This document shows, piece by piece, positions 19,842 through 28,946 of a DNA stretch of 53,478 bases. Where the stretch lies: positions 1 through 53,478 of the forward strand of contig JBHLNT010000012.1 of the NCBI GenBank assembly GCA_048941265.1, read 5' to 3'. The notes beneath the pieces were generated by a model that did not search any database, was not told where the DNA came from, and saw nothing but the letters and a program-made list of their open reading frames with translations. The stretch's first letter is position 1. The number at the start of each line of letters is the position of its first letter. Made by a program: the position numbers and the translations under genes. The stretch is from Promethearchaeota archaeon. GTDB taxonomy: Archaea; Asgardarchaeota; Lokiarchaeia; Sigyniarchaeales; SOKP01.

Positions 19842-19968
19842 ATCAAGCCAAGAATGCTTGATAAATTGAAAACTAAATCTATTCCTTAACTTATAATAAA
19901 AGTATTTTAAATTTCTTTTTTTTATTTTTATTCAACTCTCATTCTATTCATTACTCACTGTTCCATTA

Positions 19969-22900
19969 TTATAAATTCAAAATATCTAATTTGTTTTTCT
20001 TTTTTGATTCAAATCTCCTTAAGATTTTACCCTCTTTTTCTAAAATTTCTTCAATATCATCCTTTTCTCTTCTAATTAATCTTACACTCTCCTTTTTAAT
20101 TAGTATTTTCTCCTTTTTATGGAATCTATTGAATTTTTTATTGTTTGCAGCCTTAACTTTTTCAAACGAAGCGCACTTACTACAATAATAACTTTCTTTT
20201 GTCTCATCTTTAAAAGTCCATTTACCACAATATATACAATTATATGCGACATAAATTTGATCGTTACTACATAAAGGACATATAATATCAAATTCGGGAC
20301 TTTCTTGATAAAACCAAGAATTACAAAATTTACAATGAAGGGTAATAGGCCTTTTTAACTCATCTTCAATATTTAAACGGCTAATTCTCTTAATAATTTG
20401 ATCCTTATTTAATACATCTGTTTTTCTTTCACTTATTACTGTTTTCCTTGAGATTTGCATCCATCTATTTCTTTTTCTCTTTCTTACAATTACAAGCCAT
20501 CCAATACTTGCTAGAATTATCAATAAAAGCAAAATTGGAACAATAATATTCCAAATCTCTGGTTTTGGTTCATTACTGCCTGAAATTGTAAGCTGGAGCC
20601 AATAGAGTAAACTATTGTTAACATAAACATTTTTAGATTTTTCTACTCGATTACCTTCTTTATCGAAAGCAATGACCTTAATTTCATATTCTCCGTCTTC
20701 ATATTGTAAAGTATCCCATTTATATTTTAAAATCCCAGACTCTTTATCATAATCAAAATCATCACTACTAATGCTCTTATCGTTTATAAATAGGGTTAAT
20801 CTTGATATATCTATACCTACATCATCTGTAATAGATATTTCCATTTCATAAACTGAGTGGATTATCTGATTTATCTTGATATTACGCATTTCTATTATAG
20901 GAGGTATTAAATCTGTTGATTTATGATATCCCATATATATATTGTACAGAAACCATCCATCTCCTATAGCATTAGGAACTATTACTGATGGTTCATAATC
21001 ATTAGAATAAATATTAAACATTATCATAACTACATCATTCTCATATTTGGAAAGATCAATTTCTACATTTCCAGCAAGATCTTCACTATCATATCTATAT
21101 TTCTGAAGAGTTTTCCAACTCTGACCATAATCTGTAGATATTGAGATACGACACTCATCATAATCGGTTTTATTATAAAAAACTTCATTTTGCAGAGATA
21201 TATTTTGAGTGAATTGCAAATAAAGGGGATAATCATCTCCTAATCTTAATGGTCGAGTTATTAATTTAGCGTTCCACTTTTTTTCATAACCTTGACCAAC
21301 CCGAAGTCCTATTCTCTGACCTATACCTCCATAGAGGATATCCTGTTGAATTCCTGGATGGAAAAGTGAATGCCAGGTATTATCCCCCGTTAACCAAGCA
21401 GTGATTTCCCCCGGTATTGGTGTTCCCGTTATAAAATAGTCATCAAAATTTATATTTGAAAAATCATATCCGATATAATGGCCACTCTTAATAACGTTAA
21501 ATTGAAGGATTGTAGGATTCGATAATACTATTTCAGAATTGTCTTGATTATACCAATCAGTACTATTTATATATTCTCCATCCGAAACATGGAACCTAAA
21601 AGAGAGGTTAGAAATTCCTTCCAATATTAGAGCAGTAGAGAAAATGATGCCATTTCCAGTGTTTGCATTCCAATCACCATATTTATTAATCATTGAATAA
21701 TTTTCATTTTCTATTTCAATATATACAAATTGAGGATAATTGTTATCTGGATCAGTGTAATTACATGAAAATGAAAATTGTTGGTACTTGGAGCCAAATT
21801 GTGGAGAGAGATTTGAAGTTAAATCAAAATTAATCACAGGTGCCTGATAATTTATATAACTTTCAATCGCAAAATAGTCTAGCATGAAACCCTTATTTTT
21901 TATAGAATCATAAACTCCATCTACAGAAGAAACAAATCTAAATTGGATTAAAGACTCTATATAATCGGACATATTAATTTCTTCAAGGAACCATTCATCT
22001 TCCATATTCGTATATGATTTGAGAGATTCCCAGCCAGTCCAATTTACATTTATTTGTAAATACATGAAATCTAAAGCATTAATGCTGATTCTTATCCCAA
22101 ATTTAGCAAATGGATGAAAATCTTGATTTAATCCGCTCAAATTAAATACCGGGCTATATAACGTACCGTTGGGGGAATCTTCGCCATAATATAAAGGTTG
22201 ATAACTGTAATTTAATGGATAATTATGATTCAAATAATATCCAAAATACATTGATTTCCAAGTATCCTCCAGATAATTCCCTGATCTATCATCATTAATA
22301 TTTGATTGATTAAGTAGGCCCCAGCCCGTGCCAGTATAATACCAATTATCTAAACCATCATTGAAACTATGATTATACGGAATAGCTTCAATTTCAGTTG
22401 GGTACTCAATTGTTATATTTAACTTGCCTTGCTTAGGATATCTTGTTTCTTTTCCATCGCTAGCTACAAAAAAATAATGGAAGGTACCTGGTATGGAAAA
22501 TTTTATCGGATTACTCATAAATAAGGCACCTTGAGTATAATTATTAAAAAGATATCTCGGACTCATAGAATAATTTCTACCTTCTATTGAGACATAAACT
22601 TCCTGAGGTGGGATATTTAATTCATCTACATCAGTATAATTTATAAAAAAATAATATTTGCCAGTTGTGTAATTCCCATAACTCGCCTCCCCAAATTCAA
22701 ATTCTTCATAACTCATAATCGTTGTATTTTTAGAAATTCCTCCAGTTCTGGATTCTACTTCAGGAATACTTAGTTCAGGGGGAAATCTATTTTCAATATT
22801 AGTAATATTCAATTTAAAAGTACTATTACCCGCTATAGCTTTCACAATAACAATGCATTCTGTTTGATTTTTTTTAGGAATAAAATAAAAATAATCGGGA

Positions 22901-24969
22901 TCTCCGATAATTCCCTGAGAAGATCCTAATAGTATTGGCTCCCCATATCGACTTGATTGATTGGAAAACAGAAATACATCAAGATCAGCACTTTCTTCCA
23001 CTTCTGTTAAGTTGATGAGATATTGTGTATTAGCAATAAAATTGACCCGTCGGGCCGATACATGATCTCCGAGAGGGTCTTCTTCCGAACTGATTAGGTA
23101 ATCCTTCAGTGTCTCATTAATTTTTATGTATTTTGTTAGTGCATCAATCGCAGCTTGGATATTTAATCTCCCATAACCCTCATGATGATCTTTTAAAGTA
23201 CTTGAAATACCAATAAAATTATTAGGTGAAAAAATACTCTCATCTACATCATCAGTGGAAGGGTCATCTTCTCTCTCTAAATTAGTTTCGGAGCATGTCA
23301 TTAATAATGTAGATTTAATAATATCGTTTCTTACTGTAAAATTTAATTGTTCCCACTGATTCCAATTACCCCATTTTGCGTCGATTAGAATATTTACAGC
23401 TGCAGCAACAATTGCTGCTGCTATGGAAGTACCGTATGCGGCAGTCATTTCTTTAGATTTAGAATCTGCTCCGACTATTAATCTATGACCTGGTAATAAA
23501 CTTCCTCCTGGAGCGAGAAGATCAGGTTTTACAACTCCTTCCCCTAAATCTTTCCCTCTGCTACTATAAGAGGTAACTTGGTCTTTATCATTTATGGCAC
23601 CAACTACAATTGCTTTTTTATTGGATGCTAAACCATTTACGCATCCAGAATTATAGGGGCCATAATTTCCTACTGCAATTACTACTAAAACCCCATTTTC
23701 AACTACTTCATCAATAATTCTATTACATGCTATGAAAGCGCTACTTGAAGATCCGATACTTAGGCAAACACTAATAATGTGATATTTACTCCTATTATGG
23801 ATAACACTTGCTAAAGCCGATATTAAATCAGATGCATATCCAATACCCGTCTGGTTTATAATTTTATATGAAACTAATTTCGATGAGTTCGCAATTCCAG
23901 TAAAATAAGCATAATCTTTTACATAAAATTCAGGGAAATATGAAATGCTAGTATTAAATGAAAATTCTGGAAATGTATTATCTTGCTTATGATATTTTAG
24001 ATATAAATCATACACTGCTTGACCATTTTTAGAGCTGCTATAATTTATAGTATACCATTCATTCGGATTGATGGTATTATTATAACTCACTAATTCAGTT
24101 TTATTAAAATATAACTCAATCCAACAATTATCAATACCGGGGGCATGATAGTTCCATGATGAGTTAATAAAAATGTTTGATTCCTTTCTAGTTGTGTTAA
24201 AGCTAAATATTTTTAAAGTAAAATTTCCAGGTTCTCCCGAATCATCAAATAATTTTGTATGTGAATAATTGCCATATATATTCACAATTGTAGGATTAGA
24301 TGAATCATATGGTTCATTACCAGTTCCTGTTATTACTGATGATATAAAAGTTCCATGTCCATTATCATCTGAGGGCATTAAACTGTTATTAATGAAGTCT
24401 TCCCATCCTACAATATCTCCATCTAAATTAAGAGGATTATAACCATTAGGAAAAAACTCATGATTAGAGTCAATTCCGCTATCTAAAATTGCTATTGAAG
24501 AATTAGTATCACCCTTAAAACTACCCAAATAATTGGATGAGTTAATTGCTCCAGATTGGAGAGAAACGTAATTCATTTGAGTTTCAATAATTTCATTCTT
24601 CTCAATGTTAATATTATCCCAATTAGATTGAAATAAAGAAATGTTTTCATTAGGGAGAACACCTGCGAAACCCGAAACTGAATCAAATGTATCATTCCAA
24701 ATTTTATTATTATCAATGATTCCTCCATAACTAATAAAATTCTCTATAATTTTTGTGTTAAATGACGAGCTATTAAAGAATATTATTAGGTTTGAATGAT
24801 TATTATTTTGATTTGATATCTTTATGATATTATCATTAGAATCATGAATTAAGTCCTCTTCTTTATAGATACCCGTGTTATAAGAATAAAGGATATTTGT
24901 ATAAAATAATTGACATAAAACTATAAAGAGAATAAAAATGCGGTTTATTTGTTTTTTTTTCGTCTTCAT
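19969..24969 (-). CDS. Large membrane-anchored subtilisin-like (S8) protease with beta-sandwich ectodomains and a cytoplasmic four-CxxC tail
   Basis: Signal peptide; AILDSGID, GHGTFIS, IAVGN, YSSRG..KPDLLAPG, GTSIAA, EGYGRLN; Ig-like WDT..YEDGEYEIKVIAFD; TM IIVPILLLLIILASIGWLVIV followed by RKRKR; CKFC, CPLC, CIYC, CSKC. Confidence 0.9.
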   Translation of the reverse strand: MKTKKKQINRIFILFIVLCQLFYTNILYSYNTGIYKEEDLIHDSNDNIIKISNQNNNHSNLIIFFNSSSFNTKIIENFISYGGIIDNNKIWNDTFDSVSGFAGVLPNENISLFQSNWDNINIEKNEIIETQMNYVSLQSGAINSSNYLGSFKGDTNSSIAILDSGIDSNHEFFPNGYNPLNLDGDIVGWEDFINNSLMPSDDNGHGTFISSVITGTGNEPYDSSNPTIVNIYGNYSHTKLFDDSGEPGNFTLKIFSFNTTRKESNIFINSSWNYHAPGIDNCWIELYFNKTELVSYNNTINPNEWYTINYSSSKNGQAVYDLYLKYHKQDNTFPEFSFNTSISYFPEFYVKDYAYFTGIANSSKLVSYKIINQTGIGYASDLISALASVIHNRSKYHIISVCLSIGSSSSAFIACNRIIDEVVENGVLVVIAVGNYGPYNSGCVNGLASNKKAIVVGAINDKDQVTSYSSRGKDLGEGVVKPDLLAPGGSLLPGHRLIVGADSKSKEMTAAYGTSIAAAIVAAAVNILIDAKWGNWNQWEQLNFTVRNDIIKSTLLMTCSETNLEREDDPSTDDVDESIFSPNNFIGISSTLKDHHEGYGRLNIQAAIDALTKYIKINETLKDYLISSEEDPLGDHVSARRVNFIANTQYLINLTEVEESADLDVFLFSNQSSRYGEPILLGSSQGIIGDPDYFYFIPKKNQTECIVIVKAIAGNSTFKLNITNIENRFPPELSIPEVESRTGGISKNTTIMSYEEFEFGEASYGNYTTGKYYFFINYTDVDELNIPPQEVYVSIEGRNYSMSPRYLFNNYTQGALFMSNPIKFSIPGTFHYFFVASDGKETRYPKQGKLNITIEYPTEIEAIPYNHSFNDGLDNWYYTGTGWGLLNQSNINDDRSGNYLEDTWKSMYFGYYLNHNYPLNYSYQPLYYGEDSPNGTLYSPVFNLSGLNQDFHPFAKFGIRISINALDFMYLQINVNWTGWESLKSYTNMEDEWFLEEINMSDYIESLIQFRFVSSVDGVYDSIKNKGFMLDYFAIESYINYQAPVINFDLTSNLSPQFGSKYQQFSFSCNYTDPDNNYPQFVYIEIENENYSMINKYGDWNANTGNGIIFSTALILEGISNLSFRFHVSDGEYINSTDWYNQDNSEIVLSNPTILQFNVIKSGHYIGYDFSNINFDDYFITGTPIPGEITAWLTGDNTWHSLFHPGIQQDILYGGIGQRIGLRVGQGYEKKWNAKLITRPLRLGDDYPLYLQFTQNISLQNEVFYNKTDYDECRISISTDYGQSWKTLQKYRYDSEDLAGNVEIDLSKYENDVVMIMFNIYSNDYEPSVIVPNAIGDGWFLYNIYMGYHKSTDLIPPIIEMRNIKINQIIHSVYEMEISITDDVGIDISRLTLFINDKSISSDDFDYDKESGILKYKWDTLQYEDGEYEIKVIAFDKEGNRVEKSKNVYVNNSLLYWLQLTISGSNEPKPEIWNIIVPILLLLIILASIGWLVIVRKRKRNRWMQISRKTVISERKTDVLNKDQIIKRISRLNIEDELKRPITLHCKFCNSWFYQESPEFDIICPLCSNDQIYVAYNCIYCGKWTFKDETKESYYCSKCASFEKVKAANNKKFNRFHKKEKILIKKESVRLIRREKDDIEEILEKEGKILRRFESKKKNKLDILNL

Positions 24970-27900
24970 GAACCCTCCTCTTTTTTGAGTGTCTTCGATT
25001 GCTCATTTATGCTCTCACTCTCTAGTATCCTTATTCTTTCCCTTAACGTATGTTCTATCTTGAGAATCGACTCTGAAGATGTTAGTGAAAATAAGTCCTT
25101 TTCACTCCTTTTTAATTCAAATTTCTCAGATTTGTATTTATAAATCTTTCTATAGTATGCTCCTATGATTATGCCAGCTATAGCACATGGAATACCTATA
25201 AACAAGAATTGGATGGCTCTAGGGGAAATAATTTTTATTTCCACATCATTCGATTTATCCTCTTGCATTCTAAGATAAAAATAATCAAGTTTTGCCTCAT
25301 TGAGTGTTAAACTTGATTGAATTTTGGCTTTTATAGTATATTTATAGGTTTTTGTCTGACCGGGGAGTATGTAATCTATTTCATTTACTAATTTTCCATC
25401 AGTAAGAGAAAATTCTATTTGTTTAAAACTTGTCATATCATTTAAATTAATATTTTTTATGCATATTGAGCCTGTATTTTTAATTTCGAGAGTTACTTCT
25501 ACCTCATCTCCAATTTCCACCTGATCTTTATTAATTGATTTCACAATAGAAAAATCAACATATCCCAGAATTATCGGTGAGGATTTAGAAATTTGAATAG
25601 TTCTGGATTCACATCCTTTGAGAAATTCAATCGAGGGATAGTAATATCCTTTCCAATCAGTTTTTTTTAATGTTATAAATATGGATTTATTACTATTATA
25701 CGTGATATTTTGTAGAGTTAAAGTATTATTATCAATCCGCATAAGATTCCCATAATAGTCATTCATAATTAGATTGATTTCTGGAATGTTAATTGCCTTT
25801 GGGCTTGTATTTTTTATGATAACTGTTAAGTTGAATAAAGCACCAATGTGTGGAGCAATATTAGATGATTGATAGCTAATATCTACAGATCTCATAAATG
25901 GAAACCTTGTTTCATAATCTACGGGCGCTGAAAAATAGATGGTATTAGAAGAACTTGTTAAAATAGAAGAATTTTCATTTTGAATAAAAATAGGATTTTG
26001 ATATTCAACTGATTTAATTTTAACGAATCCTGAATTTGGAGTGTAAAATGCAAAACTAATTGTTTTTTCTTCACGGGGTTGTAGATTATCTAATCTATAA
26101 ACCAAGTAATCACCCTCAATAGTAAAGTTATTCTCATCATAAACTATGCCTGGTACTACAATTGTTATATTAATATTTTGAGCTTCTTCTGTGCCAATAT
26201 TTCTAAATTTTAATGAATAATTGTTAATCTCACCCGATTTTAAATTATATTTTGAGAGTGAGGCTTTAGCTATAATAGATGCTGCTTCATTAGTATTAAG
26301 AATAATTGAATTAGAGCGTGATTCATGTAGGGTTCCGCTTAAAGTAGCATAAATTATACGAGATCCCATAGCTTTAAAGATATTGAGATCTCTCTGAGAA
26401 AAGTCAACATTTAAGTCATTGATTGAAATATTAAATGACTCACTATTGATTTGTCTTATTCTCATTCTTATAATATAATCATTGGGAGAATTAGGTTCAA
26501 ACAACCAATCTAAATCATCACTATTATTAAAAAAAGAAAAAGTCCACGTGTGATTTTCACTTGAGATAAAATAAGGACTCATATCATTATATACTTCCTC
26601 AGTAAAATTAAATATTTCGAAGCTAGATGTATCTATCGCATCCGAAGCAGAGAAATTAATAACAATAGAAACTTGATCTAAAGTATTATTAATTAAGTCT
26701 ATTGTTGTTTCATTTTTAAAATAGAATCGAATATCAAGTTCGTGAAGTTCAGGATCAGTAGAAATCTGTTCTGATTCAATAATCCAAGATTTATTATCGT
26801 TTAATAATGCCATATGAGGTGTTGTTTCATCCAAAATCTTTCCAGTTTTGACGAAAGGTTTTTCATAGGGAGGGTCCTCTATTGTAAAGTTATAAGAATA
26901 AAATACAGAAAAAGTATCTAAACTTGCTATAGAAATATTATTAATGGTGTATGAGATTTTCTCTCCAGGTTCTAACTTCCAATTTTCTTCATACCAAATA
27001 CTTTCTTTATTTGTAAAGAAGTCTTTAGCTGTTTCTTCATCTCCAAAAAAAAGTTCAATAGCATAAATCAATGAAGCATATGGATTCTCCCCGATTGGAA
27101 TATCATAAATGTTCTCAATTAAATTTGCCATTTCTTCACTGTAAGGGGCAATATTTGTCATGTTTAGTACAGGATAATAATAATCTATAATGCCAAGACC
27201 CCAGGTATCAAAGTAGAAAAGCCTTGGATCTTCATCTACATTTAAAAATTCTTCTACTGAATGATATTTTTTAGTTCCTGTATTGTAAATATCATCAATA
27301 GCAATCCATAATTCATTATACAGTGTATCTCCTAATAGTGTGTTAATATCCATCGGAATAGTTGTGGGGACTCCCCAGATACTGATATTTCCTACATTTT
27401 TTGCAGTAATATTAAAGGCAAATTCTTGTAATGCTCCTTGAGAGGCGTTATCACCCATAAGCTCTTTTGTAATAATCATTACAGGCTCTGAATTAGAAAC
27501 ATTATAAGTTATAATAAAATTATTCATCGGATTTAATAGACCTGTAGGAATAAACGAAAAACCCTGAAAACCATATTGACCTAATAAATTTAGGATATCC
27601 TCTTCATCATTAAGATTCACAGGTCTAGCATAAGATCTAATTACTCCATTATCATTATACCATAACAATTCAAAAGAATATTCTTCAAGAGAGTAAATAT
27701 CAAATTCTACATCCGTAAATTCTAATACAGAACCGATTTGTTCTAACATAAAATCTGATAACTCAAAATTATCTGGAGTAGCATCAATAATATCTGTCCC
27801 TAAAATATTTATATCTATCCCGCTCATAAGCGCCCCGAGTAAAGCGATATATATTTTTTCACTCGGGCTTATCGATCTTCCTGTATAACCTATTGCATCC

Positions 27901-28922
27901 CATAAACTAAATTCATAACTATTATCCACCCTCTTTTTTATACCATTGCTTAAACCCTCATATTGAATAGCTAGAGTTGTATAATGAGAATCACTTGTTA
28001 AATTAAATGCTCCACTAATTTGATCTATATCCTCTTGCGAGATGGTTTCATTATCAAAGCCTAAGGCTTGTAATAAACCCTCATTTGAATCATTAAGTTG
28101 CTCAAAGATATTGCCTATTTGTTCCATAAAATTTTCTACATCATTAAATCGTGAGAGAGAGGATTCAATGGTTTCAGAGTCAAAACTTAATTGATCTGTC
28201 GAGATATTAAATTCCTCATTTAAAGAATTTAATAAAAGATATGTTACAGAAAGATGATAATTATGAATATAGTTATTACTGGTTAAACGATCAATATCTA
28301 AAGTCTTCCAATAACCATCCATGGGCAAATTCTTAGTTATTTCTTCAAATAAAGAACCCCATTCTGGATAATATCCTACAAATGGAAAAAGCCGTGGGTT
28401 GGATGAATTAACATTTATTATATCCATTTTAAACTTCATTTTAATGATATCTAATGCTCGATTTGCTCTTGATTGAGCAGTATTAATGTTTAAACTAGGG
28501 TCATAATAGAGAAACCCAATAAAACCATTATAACTAAATTTAAGTTGAGTCCCAAAAATATTTTCAGATAGTATCATCGGAAACATCTCTGGATTAATCC
28601 CATTCGAAATACTGAGATAAACATTACATTTTTCAAAGGCAGGATCATTCGTGTCAAATTGCGAGACTATATTAGTATCATTTGTAAATAATGATTGTTG
28701 AATAATGCTTTTTGAACCAGCAACATAAGCACTAATTTGCTCAGCATACAAATCTGTTCCGGCAATATCTGAAGTTAATGGTTTAACTTCCAAATTTAAG
28801 TTTGATATTTGATTCTCATCATCTGCTAAATTTCCCGATGAGATAGGAAAAAATACGAGTAATTGGTTTAAAAGAGAGATAAGAACCAATAAGCCAAAAA
28901 ATATTTTCTGAATTTTTTTCAT
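24966..28922 (-). CDS. Large secreted, C-terminally anchored surface protein with Ig-like (DUF11/CARDB/S-layer-domain-like) modules
   Basis: Signal peptide; repeated ITAKNVG, LKFRNIG, VIIKNTS, VTLEIKNTG motifs; many N-x-S/T sequons; C-terminal TM; 4-nt ATGA overlap with the subtilase gene. Confidence 0.75.
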   Translation of the reverse strand: MKKIQKIFFGLLVLISLLNQLLVFFPISSGNLADDENQISNLNLEVKPLTSDIAGTDLYAEQISAYVAGSKSIIQQSLFTNDTNIVSQFDTNDPAFEKCNVYLSISNGINPEMFPMILSENIFGTQLKFSYNGFIGFLYYDPSLNINTAQSRANRALDIIKMKFKMDIINVNSSNPRLFPFVGYYPEWGSLFEEITKNLPMDGYWKTLDIDRLTSNNYIHNYHLSVTYLLLNSLNEEFNISTDQLSFDSETIESSLSRFNDVENFMEQIGNIFEQLNDSNEGLLQALGFDNETISQEDIDQISGAFNLTSDSHYTTLAIQYEGLSNGIKKRVDNSYEFSLWDAIGYTGRSISPSEKIYIALLGALMSGIDINILGTDIIDATPDNFELSDFMLEQIGSVLEFTDVEFDIYSLEEYSFELLWYNDNGVIRSYARPVNLNDEEDILNLLGQYGFQGFSFIPTGLLNPMNNFIITYNVSNSEPVMIITKELMGDNASQGALQEFAFNITAKNVGNISIWGVPTTIPMDINTLLGDTLYNELWIAIDDIYNTGTKKYHSVEEFLNVDEDPRLFYFDTWGLGIIDYYYPVLNMTNIAPYSEEMANLIENIYDIPIGENPYASLIYAIELFFGDEETAKDFFTNKESIWYEENWKLEPGEKISYTINNISIASLDTFSVFYSYNFTIEDPPYEKPFVKTGKILDETTPHMALLNDNKSWIIESEQISTDPELHELDIRFYFKNETTIDLINNTLDQVSIVINFSASDAIDTSSFEIFNFTEEVYNDMSPYFISSENHTWTFSFFNNSDDLDWLFEPNSPNDYIIRMRIRQINSESFNISINDLNVDFSQRDLNIFKAMGSRIIYATLSGTLHESRSNSIILNTNEAASIIAKASLSKYNLKSGEINNYSLKFRNIGTEEAQNINITIVVPGIVYDENNFTIEGDYLVYRLDNLQPREEKTISFAFYTPNSGFVKIKSVEYQNPIFIQNENSSILTSSSNTIYFSAPVDYETRFPFMRSVDISYQSSNIAPHIGALFNLTVIIKNTSPKAINIPEINLIMNDYYGNLMRIDNNTLTLQNITYNSNKSIFITLKKTDWKGYYYPSIEFLKGCESRTIQISKSSPIILGYVDFSIVKSINKDQVEIGDEVEVTLEIKNTGSICIKNINLNDMTSFKQIEFSLTDGKLVNEIDYILPGQTKTYKYTIKAKIQSSLTLNEAKLDYFYLRMQEDKSNDVEIKIISPRAIQFLFIGIPCAIAGIIIGAYYRKIYKYKSEKFELKRSEKDLFSLTSSESILKIEHTLRERIRILESESINEQSKTLKKEEGS

Positions 28923-28946
28923 TCTCTTGAGAAATTTCCTCCTTTT

